Virus record (IMG/VR): IMGVR_UViG_3300007609_001041
Coordinates: 1 to 64,000 of that record
DNA: 64,000 bases
Source: an uncultured virus (IMG/VR IMGVR_UViG_3300007609_001041)
Taxonomy: Duplodnaviria > Heunggongvirae > Uroviricota > Caudoviricetes
Reading direction: 5' to 3' (one strand)
Both the position numbers and the translations under genes were made by a program. The notes beneath the pieces are model-generated. The model was not told the origin of the DNA and searched no databases. It worked only from the letters and a program-made list of their open reading frames with translations. Shown here piece by piece: positions 9,575 to 22,100 of this stretch; within the stretch, counting starts at the first letter, position 1; each line of letters starts with the position of its first letter.

Positions 9575-12500
9575 ATGTCATCCACAGATAGACAAAATAG
9601 ACTGCTGCTAGCAGAAGATTGGAAAAAAGTATATCAAAGCTATCGAAATGCAGAGTTCCGTAGTTACGACTTTGACACTTTAAGAAGAGCAATGATTAAC
9701 TACCTCCGTCAGAACTATCCGGAGGATTTTAACGATTATATTGATACATCGGAATATCTTGCACTTATTGACATGATTGCCTTCTTAGGGCAAAATATTA
9801 GTTATCGTGTTGATCTTAACTCTCGAGAAAACTTTTTAGAACTTGCTGAACGTCGAGAAAGTGTGTTAAGACTTGCTCGAATGCTGTCTTACAATCCAAA
9901 AAGAAATCAGTCAGCTAATGGATTATTAAAATTTGAAACTATTTCAACTACTGAAAGTGTTGTAGATAGCAACGGATTTAATCTTGCAGATCAAACAATT
10001 ATATGGAATGATCCTAGTAACTCAAATTGGGCAGAACAATTTAGACGAGTACTAAATTCTGCACTACCTAACAACAATACTATTGGTAAGCCGGCAAAGA
10101 GTGCTTCTGTTAACAGTGTATTGACACAGCAATACAGATTAAAAAGCTCCAATACAGATGTACCAATTTTTAACTTTAACAAGTCAGTAAACGGACTACC
10201 TACACAATTTGAAATTGTATCAACTGATATTGATGTTAATCGGTCAGCCATTACTGAAGAGAATCCTGTACCAGGAAACAGTCTTGCATTTTTATATAGA
10301 GAAGATGGCAGAGGAAATGCAAGTGCTAACACTGGATATTTTGTACATTTTAGACAAGGAACATTAAATAGTTCTCAATTTAATGTTGACAATCCTAGTT
10401 CTAATCAAAGAATATCTATTGAAACAGAAAATATTAATGATTCAGATGTTTGGTTATACGCACTAAACGAATCAGGACAAGAAGATTCGCTATGGACAAA
10501 GGTTAGCTCAACTGAAGGCAACAATGCAATTTATAATAGTATTGCTAAAGGAGTTAGAAACTACTACGTTGTCCAAACAAGACAAAATGATGAAATTACT
10601 TTAGTATTTGCTGACGGCACGTTTGGTAATGTGCCTAATGGAAATTTTAGAGTTTATTATAGAACTAGTGCTAATCGTTCTTTAAGAGTCAAACCTTCAG
10701 AACTAACAAACATTACGTTTTCAGTAAATTATATTTCTGCTGCTGGCACGTCAGAAACATTAACTATAGGTGTTGAGCTAAAAGAACAAGTTACTAATGC
10801 TACTACTAGTGAAACTACTCCAAGCATTAGAAACAATGCTCCGCAAACATATTATACGCAGAACAGAATGATTACTGGCGAGGATTATAATATTATTCCT
10901 CTCACAACTAATCAAGAGATTGTTAAAGTAAAATCTGTTAATAGAACTACTAGCGGTATTAGTAGATATTTTGATTTAAAAGATGTAACTGGAAAATATT
11001 CTAGTACTAATTTGTATGGTAACGACGGTGTAATCTATAATCAATTTTACGAAAATAAACAAACATTTACATTTGCTACACAAACAGATATTGAAGGAAC
11101 AATAGAAAATACAGTATTACCTATTATTCAAAATCGAGCCGTAAGCAACTTCTATTTTGCAAACTATGCAAAAATTATTGTAAGCGATCTAAATGCAACA
11201 TGGACACAATCAACCAAGGGTACTAATACCAGTACAGGATTTTTGAAAAATCTAAATGACATTCCTTATGAAACAGGAACATTTACAGGCGGTTCGTTAA
11301 AATTCTTAGAACCGGACGCCTTATTAAAATTTGTTCCTCCTGCAGGATTTTATTTTATTAATGATGGAGAATTAACTTCTGACGCTACGGCTAAAGGTGC
11401 AAGCACTTACAAGTGGGTTAAAGTTATTAGCGTAAACGGCGCCGGCACAACGGTTGATAGTGTAACAGGCGAAGGTCCGATTGTGTTCAATGAAATTTTA
11501 CCTGCAAACAGTGTTCTCGAAGAAGTAAAACCAAAACTCGTAAAAGACATTTCAGCAGATGTTAGAGCACAAATTATCGACCAAGTATTTGCATACAAAA
11601 CATTTGGTTTGCGTTATGATCAAACACAGCGACAGTGGCGAGTAATTATTAATGAAAACTTAAATGTTAACGATGTGTTTAGTAACGGTAAAACTGGCGA
11701 TGTTACAAATAACCAATTAGATGCTAGTTGGATTTTATTATTTCAAACAAATGGTGAACAGTACACAATAACTAATAGAGGGTTAAGATATGTTTTTGAA
11801 AGTGACAAAGAATTAAGTTTTTATTTCGATAACCAAAATAAAATTTATGACTCGTCAACAGGACAACTTGTAAAAGACAAAATTGGAGTTTTAAATTTTA
11901 ATACCAAACCTGATAGTCTTGAATCATTTAATAATGATATTAATTGGGAAATCGTTGACGTATATAGAAATCCAGACGGATACATTAATAGTAAAAAAAT
12001 TGAAGTTAGTTTCTTTGATCTTAATGACGACGGTAGTGTAGACGATCCTGATATTTTTGACGTTATTGTTGCACCGCTTGTAAACGAAAATACAAAATAC
12101 GTTTTTTTAAAGAGAGAGCAGAGCGATCAAGGATTTACAAAATATAATTATTACAGCGCCGGAGATACTATAAACGTTGTAGACAGAGAAATAGAAATTG
12201 GTGCATACAGTCAGTATGATGACGGGCAAGTCTTTTACATTAAAGAAAACGAAAACTTTAAAGTTTTAAACAACAGTCTGTTAACTTTAACATCTGACTA
12301 TCAAGCATATATTGGCCGATCAAATTTAAGATTCCAATATGTACATAGCGCAGATGAAAGCAATAGAATCGACGCTAGTGCAAGTAATATTATTGATGTA
12401 TACATGTTAACAAGGTCTTATGATATTGAATATAGAAAATATCTTGCTGGCACACTAGCTACTAGACCGTTACCTCCGAGTAACGATGAGTTGTTTCAAA

Positions 12501-13114
12501 ACTACGGTGCAACAATTAATCAATTTAAATCTATAAGTGACGAAGTAATTTATCATCCAGTAACTTATAAATCATTATTTGGCAAGCACTCTCAAGAGAA
12601 TCTACAAGCAACATTCAAAATTGTAAAAAATACAAACGAAGTTATTAATGATAATGAACTTAAGACAAGAGTTATTAGTGCAATTAATCAATTCTTTTCA
12701 TTACAAAACTGGGACTTTGGCGATACTTTCCATTTTTCAGAACTAGTTGCATATGTAATGAATCAAGCGGCGCCTGATATTTCTAATTTATTACTAGTTC
12801 CTAAACAAACAACACAAGCATTTGGTAGTTTGTACGAAATCAAAGCAGAAAATAATGAAATTTTTATTAACGATGCAACAGTTGACGATGTTGAAATTAT
12901 TGATGCAGTCACAGCGTCAAGAATCCAAGCTTCAGGAAATGTAGTTACCGATACGAGTACAAATAATACAGGCATTCAAAGTCAGGCATTGTCTGCAACA
13001 GGCACAAGTACAAGTACAAGTACAAGCACAAGTACAAGTACAACAAATAGTTCTAGTAGTTCTAGTTCAAGCGGATCTAGCGGTTCGGGTAGTAGTGGAG
13101 GATATAGTTACTAA
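9575..13114 (+). CDS. gp6: Baseplate wedge subunit, gp6/baseplate-J-like, enlarged
   Basis: DFDTLRRAMINYL, FLELAERRESVLRLARMLSYNPKR, FADGTFG and IR.NAP..Y.TQNRMITGEDY are gp6-family motifs; follows gp25. Confidence 0.85.
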   Translation: MSSTDRQNRLLLAEDWKKVYQSYRNAEFRSYDFDTLRRAMINYLRQNYPEDFNDYIDTSEYLALIDMIAFLGQNISYRVDLNSRENFLELAERRESVLRLARMLSYNPKRNQSANGLLKFETISTTESVVDSNGFNLADQTIIWNDPSNSNWAEQFRRVLNSALPNNNTIGKPAKSASVNSVLTQQYRLKSSNTDVPIFNFNKSVNGLPTQFEIVSTDIDVNRSAITEENPVPGNSLAFLYREDGRGNASANTGYFVHFRQGTLNSSQFNVDNPSSNQRISIETENINDSDVWLYALNESGQEDSLWTKVSSTEGNNAIYNSIAKGVRNYYVVQTRQNDEITLVFADGTFGNVPNGNFRVYYRTSANRSLRVKPSELTNITFSVNYISAAGTSETLTIGVELKEQVTNATTSETTPSIRNNAPQTYYTQNRMITGEDYNIIPLTTNQEIVKVKSVNRTTSGISRYFDLKDVTGKYSSTNLYGNDGVIYNQFYENKQTFTFATQTDIEGTIENTVLPIIQNRAVSNFYFANYAKIIVSDLNATWTQSTKGTNTSTGFLKNLNDIPYETGTFTGGSLKFLEPDALLKFVPPAGFYFINDGELTSDATAKGASTYKWVKVISVNGAGTTVDSVTGEGPIVFNEILPANSVLEEVKPKLVKDISADVRAQIIDQVFAYKTFGLRYDQTQRQWRVIINENLNVNDVFSNGKTGDVTNNQLDASWILLFQTNGEQYTITNRGLRYVFESDKELSFYFDNQNKIYDSSTGQLVKDKIGVLNFNTKPDSLESFNNDINWEIVDVYRNPDGYINSKKIEVSFFDLNDDGSVDDPDIFDVIVAPLVNENTKYVFLKREQSDQGFTKYNYYSAGDTINVVDREIEIGAYSQYDDGQVFYIKENENFKVLNNSLLTLTSDYQAYIGRSNLRFQYVHSADESNRIDASASNIIDVYMLTRSYDIEYRKYLAGTLATRPLPPSNDELFQNYGATINQFKSISDEVIYHPVTYKSLFGKHSQENLQATFKIVKNTNEVINDNELKTRVISAINQFFSLQNWDFGDTFHFSELVAYVMNQAAPDISNLLLVPKQTTQAFGSLYEIKAENNEIFINDATVDDVEIIDAVTASRIQASGNVVTDTSTNNTGIQSQALSATGTSTSTSTSTSTSTTNSSSSSSSSGSSGSGSSGGYSY
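13004..13042 (+). repeat. Hexamer tandem repeat (ACAAGT)x6.5 encoding a Thr-Ser run in the gp6 C-terminus
   Basis: acaagt acaagt acaagt acaagc acaagt acaagt aca read directly from the sequence. Confidence 0.9.
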
Positions 13115-16100
13115 TGGCTCAAGATGAAAACGGAATTCCAGTTGGCGACGATAACATCAAAAGAAAAACCGCTGATTTCTTACCTCGTTATTTTAGAACA
13201 GTAGCAAACAAAAAGTTTCTAAGCAGCACTATTGATCAAATGATGCAACCCGGAGTTGTAGAAAAAGTTGACGGATTTATTGGTAGAAAAGATGCAAAAG
13301 CATGGTCTAGCTCAGACAATTATGTTTCTGATGTAAGTGCTGACAGAGAAAATTATCAGTTAGAACCTGTAGCAGTAGTTGAAGACACCCTTGGCAATAC
13401 TATTTTGCATAGAGATTATCGCGACTATATGAACAGTGCAAAAATTAGAAATGCACAAGTTGGTAATCATAGTTTAACCAATAGTCAAGAATTTTATTCT
13501 TGGGATCCGCACATTAACTGGGACAAATTTACAAACTTTAGAGAGTATTATTGGCTACCACAAGGTCCTGATTCTATTCCAGTATTTGGCGCAGCTAGGG
13601 ACATTAAAAGTACTTATAATGTAAATTCTTTAGATAATGTAGATAACTTTGCATATTCTTTTAATACCACTAATCCTACCGCTAACCCTACGCTAACGTT
13701 GTATAGAGGCCAAACATATGTTTTTGATCTCAACACAGTAGATATGCCTTTTACTATTAGAACTTCTAGAAGTTTAAGTAACGATACAAACTTATATAAT
13801 ACAGGTGTTAGTGAACAAAAAGTAGAAACAGGAACAGTTACGTTTGAAGTAGATTTAGAAGCACCTGATTACCTTTATTATATCAACAATAATGATATCG
13901 AAGCTTCTGGATTAATTATAATTAAAGACATTAGAGACAACACACAGTTAGATGTAGGATCTGATATTGTTGGTAAAAAAACATATACTATGCAAAATGG
14001 TTACGAAATGACCAATGGCATGAAAGTAAAATTCTACGGAGAAATTACACCTGCTGAATACGCAATAGGAAATTGGTATGTTGAAGGTGTAGGCGAAAGT
14101 ATTCGTCTTGTATCTGAAGACGATGTTCTTATAACTGCAGATTATTTGTTAGATAATGCAACAGAATTTGATGAGCAAGGATTTTCTACTTTGCCCTTTG
14201 ACAACGCTACATCTTATGCTAGCGAAAAAGATTATATTGTAATTAATCGTGCTTCGCCAGATAACAATCAATGGTCGAGATATAATAGATGGACACATAG
14301 ATCTGTTATTGAAACTACTGCTACTATTAATAACGTTCCAGTAATGTTAGATCAAACGTTTCGTGCTGTACGACCGATTATCGAATTTGAAGCAGGATTA
14401 AAATTATATAATAGTGGAACTTTCGCAAAACAATCTGTTGATCTAGTAGACACTAGGACTACAGACGTATTCAGTCAAATTGAAGGACAAGTTGGTTATT
14501 TTGTTGACGGTGTTGAATTAGTGTCAGGAATGCGTGTATTGTTTACAGCAGATCCGGATAGTTTAGTATCTGGTAAAATTTATGAAGTAAACTTTATCTC
14601 GCACAATGGTAGCACACAAATTACTCTTGTGGAAACTACAGACACAGCTCCTTTAGAAAACGAAACTGTACTTGTCAAGGCTGGAACAAACTTCAAAGGT
14701 AAAATGTTCTATTATGACGGAACAGACTGGAAACAATCTCAAGATAAAACAGGAGTAAATCAACAACCGTTATTTGATTTATATAATGATGAAGGAACCG
14801 CATTATCAGATTTAGACGGTAGTTCGTTCGTTGGTAACAAATTGTTTAGTTATAAAGTAGGCAACGGATCGAATGATACTGAATTAGGATTTCCTTTATC
14901 TTATAGAACAATTGAAAATAGCGGCGATATTGTTTTTGATTTTAATTTACTAGCCGATACATACACATACGATCAATTAACTGACGTAATTACATCAAGT
15001 ACTGATACGGCTGTTCTAAGAAAGTATACATCAAGATCCTCATTTAATAGTGTGTCTGGATGGACTACAGCGAGTAAAAAATCAGAGCAATGGGTTGTGC
15101 AACAGCCAGAAGTAAAAACTAGAACAAATAACTTTAAAATCGATGTTTATGATCGTAGCGGAGACTTAACAGATCTAGCTATCAAAGTTTATGTAAACAA
15201 CACTCGTTACACAGAAAATGATCAGTATACTATTGTTAAAGTAAACGGTTTTGCATACGTAACGTTTTCTAACAACTTAACTTCTGGTGATAAACTTGTA
15301 ATTAAAACAAATACTAGTGCAACTAAAAATGAAAAAGGTTTCTACGAGTTTCCTATCAACTTTGAAAAAAATCCTCAAAATGAAAATGTTACAACATTTA
15401 CTTTAGGAGAAGTTTTAGATCATGTTAGTAGTATTGTTGACAACAACGACGAAGTCACTGGAACATTCCCAGGAGTAGGAAACTTAAGAGACGTTGGACA
15501 ACTTTCAAAATACGGATTAAAATTTGTAAAACATAGTGGACCGATAAACCTTGCATTGTATAACCTGACAAATAAAGATTACGACGCAATCGGAGCTATT
15601 CGCTATGCAGGACTTGAATATATAAAATTTAAAAGAGAATTCTTAAGAATAGCTAATGAACTAGGTTTCGACGGAGTAGACAAAGTACACGTTGACAAAA
15701 TTCTTACCACATTAAATAGCACAAAAACAAATCAAGATTCATTTTATTTTAGCGATATGGTTCCTTATGGCAATGATTCGCTAACTACGCACAATATTGA
15801 CGACCCATCAGAAACTATTTTTTCGTTAACAAGAGGCATCGATTTTACTACTCTTAATGAATATGCAGTACTACCTTATCTAAACAATAAGTTGCTAACT
15901 AAGGATAAAGACTATTCAATTAGCACATCAGGATTCTTAACACTAGAAATACCAGTTAAGGCAAATGATGTATTGGATGTTTATGAATTTGAATCTACTG
16001 ATGGCTGTTGGATCCCTCCAACTCCTACTAAACTAGGACTGTATCCGAAATATAGACCTGAAGCATATTTAGATGACACATACATTTATGTTACACCAGA

Positions 16101-19100
16101 GTCTACGGGTCCTTATAAGATATACGGAAGAGACGAAACAACTACTGATACATCTTATAAAAATAAATTAGGTTGGTTTTATCCATTATACACTTCAGAA
16201 GAAGATGCACAAAATGCAGATAGAGCAAATGGTGGCACCGGTATGGCACATGATCATGTGTTTGCTGGATATAACAAAATCTTCTATATGCCTAACTCTG
16301 CAATGAATCATGCAACTGCTGATGACAATCGTTTTGAAGAATGGCCTGCAGCACAACCTATAATCCAAGGACACGACGGATCTCGTTGGAGATGTTTCGG
16401 AGACTATAGAGATCATTTATTATTAGATTTAGAAAGACGAATCTATAATAATATTAAACAACCGTATAACGAAACAATTTTAGATATTGCTGACTTTGTT
16501 GAAACTAAAGGACGTCAAACACAATTCGGACGTTACAAAGTTACAAAAACAATGATTTCAGATTTTAATCGTTGGAGTGAAACTGTAGGAAATCCAGACT
16601 ACTCTACAAATACTTACTTTGATAGAACTAATGGGTTTACGTTTAATTACAGCAAATTTGCAGATCCGAATAATAATTCGTTACCTGGATTTTGGAGAGC
16701 TGTTTATAAAGATTTTTATAATACTGATAGACCGCATAGTCACCCTTGGGAAATTTTAGGATTAACTGAAAAACCAGACTGGTGGGAAGAAGTGTACGGC
16801 GAAGCACCATACACTCGCAATAACTTAATTCTATGGGAAGATTTGTCAAAAGGTATAGTAAAAGAACCTGGTAAGAAAATTGTTTATAGAAACAAATTTA
16901 AAAACAGTTTAATTTACACTTATATTCCGGTCGACGATCAAGGAAACTTGCTAGATCCAGCTAATTGTGGATTAGCCAAAGACGGTATTGATTCTACTTA
17001 TTCAGAACCATTTGTATTTGGCGACGAAGGTCCTGTTGAAACAGCATGGCGTCGAAGCTCTCATTATCCGTTTTCTTTAATTACAGCGTGGGCATTACAT
17101 CAGCCTGCTCAGTTTTTTGGATTAGCTTTTGATAGAAGCAGAATTGCTAGAAATAGTGCAGGTCAGTTAGTTTACACCGATACTTCAAAAACAATTGAAC
17201 TAGATCAGTTAAAATTTCCAAACAGCTCGACTGATAGTAGTAGAGTGCTTACAGCAGGAATTGTAAACTATATACAAGGATATCTTGCGCAAAATCAAAC
17301 AGTACAATTTTCTCAATATCAAACAGAAATAAAAAGTTTGCAAAATAAAATTGGCGCAAAACTTGGAGGATTTACACAGAAGGATAAGTTTAAATTAATC
17401 CTTGATTCTAGAACTCCTACTAATGAAGGAAATATATTCGTCCCAGAAGAAAACTATAAAATTAACCTAGTAAAAAGTGTACCAATTAATGTGTATACAT
17501 ATAGCGGGGTAATTATCGAAATAGTGCCGTCTGGGTATATTATTAGAGGATACGATAAAGAGAACCCATATTTCAAAACGTATAGTACTATTAAGAAGAA
17601 TGCAGATCCTCTTATTTCAGTTGGCGGAACAAGCGAATCATTTTTAGCCTGGACATCAAGAAAATTTTATGAAGTTGGACAAATTGTTGAACTTAATGAA
17701 GTATATTATAGAGTTAAAGTTTCCCATACTAGTGGAGATAACTTTAATTTAGATAACTTCCAAAAATTAGCCGAACTTCCTGAAGAAGGCGGAGCTAAGG
17801 CATTTTTCAGAAAAAACTTTGATCGCACTGAAGTAATTGAAATTCCATATGGAACACTGTATAGAGAAATACAAGACGTTGTTGACTTTATTTTAGGTTA
17901 TGAACAATACTTAATTAGTGTAGGATTTACGTTTGATAGCTTTAACCAAGACCTAGAAGAAGTAGAAAATTGGTCATTATCTGCTAAAGAATATATGTTT
18001 TGGACGACGCAAAACTGGGAATCAGGCACAGTATTAACATTAAGTCCAAGTGCTAGACAAGTTAACTTTGAAGAAGAATATGTTGTAGCAGATGACATCT
18101 ATAATAATTTTTACGATTACAGTTTATTAAAATCAGACGGTAAAAGATTATTAGCCGATTTTGCAACTACTGAACGAGATAATACAAATTCTTTTGGAAT
18201 CTATGTTAAAAATACTGAAGATGGTATTTACAATTTAAAGGTTCCGGTTGTCCAACACGAACACGTTATTATTTTAGATAACAGAACAGTATTTGGTGAT
18301 GTAATCTACAACAGACCTCAAGGATACCGTCAAGAAAGAATTAAAGTAAAGGGTTATAGATCAGACGATTGGAACGGATCTTATAATATTCCTGGATTTA
18401 TCTTTGACGATGCTACTGTAAACGAGTGGCAATCTTATCAAGATTATTCCATAGGTTCTTTGATTAAACACAAGCAATATTATTATGTAGCAAAAGCAAA
18501 TATAACAGGTACAGAGTTTTTTGAAGATACTAATTATGTTAGATTAAATGAAAAACCTGAGCAAGCTCTATTGCCAAACTGGGATTATAAAGCTAAACAG
18601 TTTTTAGATTTTTATGATTTAGACAGCGACAATTTTGATACAGAGCAACAAAGACTAGCACAACATCTAATTGGATATCAGAACCGAACATATTTAGAAA
18701 ACATTATTAATGATGATGTGTCTCAATTTAAGTTTTTCCAAGGGGCTATTCAAGACAAAGGTACAAAAAATGTTCTTACAAAGTTGTTTGATAAATTAGG
18801 AAGTGCAAGTAAAGACAGTTTAGAATTTTACGAAGAATGGGCTGTGCGTGTAGGACGCTACGGAGCAACTACAGGCGATGATCAATTTGAAGTATTATTA
18901 GATGAAGAAAAATATAGATTGAGCCCACAGCCTGTAGAACTTGTTGAAGTAGTAGATCCTCAAGATACTTCTTTAGTTTATAGATTAGATCGAAACAATA
19001 TTCTTGTTAAGTCTCAAAATTATGATCATAAGCCGTTTCCGGTTAAATATTTCAACGATAATAACAGTTACACCAAAACAGCAGGATATGTAAATAGTTC

Positions 19101-22100
19101 TGATGTAAGCATGTCGTTGCTAAATTATGATGAAATTTTAGATAAAACATTAAGCGAAATCCCAGGAAATAGCTATCTATGGGTAGCTCTTCAAAAAAAT
19201 CAACAAACTTGGGCTGTTTATAAACACACACAAACTGAATTTAAAATCACAAGTATATCTGATAGCAATAATACTACGTTTGATATTACATTAAATCGAG
19301 CTCCTAATTTTGAAATAGGAGACATTATTGGAGTAAACGACGTTAATGATGATGTAGATAAATTTTATAAAATTTCTAATATTTCTTTAAACGTTGTTTC
19401 GTTATTAACAACTGACAGTATTACAGCAGACGATGAGATTTCTGGATATATCACAGAGTTTAAGAACACACGGTTAGCAAGGTTGTCAGAAGCTAATTCC
19501 TTAATTGATAGTGCAAAACGTTTTGATATCGATAACAATAGTGTTGCATCTGACATTATTTGGGTTGACGATGACGATACTGGAAAATGGATTGTACTAG
19601 AAAATAATCAAGTATTTGAATTAAAGCCAGACATTAAAAATACACTCGCTGGACTTTTTGATTCTACGCAAAAAGACTTTGGATCTAATATCTCAGTTTC
19701 AAATGATAACAATTTAATTGCAATTTCTGCTCCTAAAGACCTAAACGGAAGTGTATACATTTATCAAAGACCAAGCGACAACACAGATTTCGGATATTTA
19801 CAGCAAATTGACGAGCAAACACTAATATCTGATCAGCAAGGAGGATTCGGCTCAAGTGTTGCAATGAGTCCAGATAAAAAATATCTTGCAATCGGATCAC
19901 CAAATGCTTCTAATGTAAAGACAAAATTTAAAGGTGATTATAGAAGTAGTAACGCATATGTTGCAAATGATATAGTTCTACACGATACTCAGCTATGGAA
20001 GGCTAAACGTACAATTGAAAGTGAATTATCTCGCATATTTGACACACATGCATCTAATCAACAAAGTATTGAAGACGACTATGATTCTACTGATCAGTCT
20101 TATCCAGAAATTCCTTTTATGATTCGAGGAGATTATTCTTTAGGAGCTGATGAATCAACTGATCATATTTTGATCAGAGCAGAAACTGACCAATGGGAAG
20201 GAACAAAAGCCGGAGATCGATTGTTCTTAAAGTGGAACAAATATACTACAACTAATAAGTTAGGTACACAGCCTTTTAATAATGACAGTGTACTAACAGA
20301 AACATTTATAAACGGCGAACATACAATTGTAAATAAAGTTTCGGCAATATGTCACGTACAGAGTACCTTGCTAGTACCAGAGGTAGGTAGCGAAATTACA
20401 ACAGATGTTGGTAAAGCAACCGTAGTATATAGAAAAGTAAACGACGAAAATCAAATGACACTTTATTTGTCTAATATCAATGGCCAAATTGGAGACGTTG
20501 GAACATTTTTGCAAAATGGTGTTACTGTAGGTGATTATGAGCTAGTACTACCTATTAGAGATGACTATCATAGCGGATGGTGGTATATCAATGTAGGATC
20601 AACGTTTACATCATCCAATCTTACTGAAACTAATGCAAATCTTGTAGTACAGACAATTAAGTTAGAAAATGATTTTTCTACACCTACTCCGTATTTTACA
20701 AATATTTTAGATGTTGTACAAAATAGAGATCAAACTAAGCCTACGCAACCGTCATACCTGGGTGTATTATCACATACTCAAGGACAAACACTAATAGATA
20801 TTATCGATTCAAGGTGGTACTTTAGAACAGAATTAACACATGGAAGTAATGTTCAAGTGGGTGACAATGCTAATTTTTGGTTGAATAGCATAAAGGTAAA
20901 TGATTTAGTTCAAGATCCGTCTGCAATTAATTTAAGTTTTGATTATCTAAACAACACACAACATACAGTAGATGATATTTGGGACGGCTGGACAGAAGTT
21001 AGATTAACAAATTTTGATCTTAATGGAGATCCGTTTTTACCACTTGTTGGAGACACACTATCTGATACAGCTACTGGAGAAACAGCTGAAATTGCATTTA
21101 TTGAAAGAGCATTTGGTACAGCAAAAATATATCTAAAAAATAGATCAGGAGCATGGGCGTTAGGCAGCGACTTTGGAGAACCTAGTAATGCTACGTTTAT
21201 CCAAAACGATTCTACACTAAGGACTATTGGTCCTATTAATTCTACGCATATGCAAAATAGTATTTCCGGACCAATTATTGTTATAGATAAAGCTGAAAAT
21301 ATTGCAATACCTTCTACAAATTATATACAAGATTTAGAATACTGGCACTACAGTGTTAGTGCTGTCCAAGGAATAATTGATTCTACTACTCCCCCTTCGA
21401 GTATTAATCTAGACTGGACTCGAGTATTTAATATTCCAGCATCACCCGAAGGAACTCAGTCAGGATTAACTAACGAAGGTATGTTTGCAATATACGAATT
21501 TAGTGGATCAACGTATCAATTAATTAATTACTTTACGGTACCTAACAGTGCTTCTTATAGGCAACTTGGTACTAATATGATGTTTTCTCAAACAAATGAC
21601 AATTATAGATTATTTGTACATGCATCCGGTAATAACACAGAACTTAACCAAGGTAGAATTTATTATTTTGATAAGTCAGACACAGAAAACTGGTCAATCG
21701 GTACAGAGCCTAATTATAGAGGATTGTATAGAACATCTGGAACATATTTTGAAGGAGAATATACAAAATTTGGCGACACAGTTTATGAAGCAAAAACTAA
21801 TTTAATTCCTGGAATATTTAATCCTTCTCAATGGACGGAAATAGGATCAGGAATTGATTTATTAGGATATGTTCCAAACGACACTAATTTTTCAATATCA
21901 GAAAGTACACTTTCGCAAGATATGCTGGAAGAATTCGGATCGGTGTTTGACGTTAGCAATGACGGAAATGTATTAATCGCCGCAGCCAGATACACTAATA
22001 CTCAAGATAGTAGTGTTCCTAATATTAAAATTGTTGTTTACAGAAAAATAAATGACCAATATGTTTATAGTCAATTATTAGAACCATCTGATTTAACTGA

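Noticed and set aside
13004..13042. Tandem repeat considered as a CRISPR array or phase-variation tract
   Set aside because: The unit is 6 nt, in frame and has no spacers; it only encodes a Thr-Ser run.
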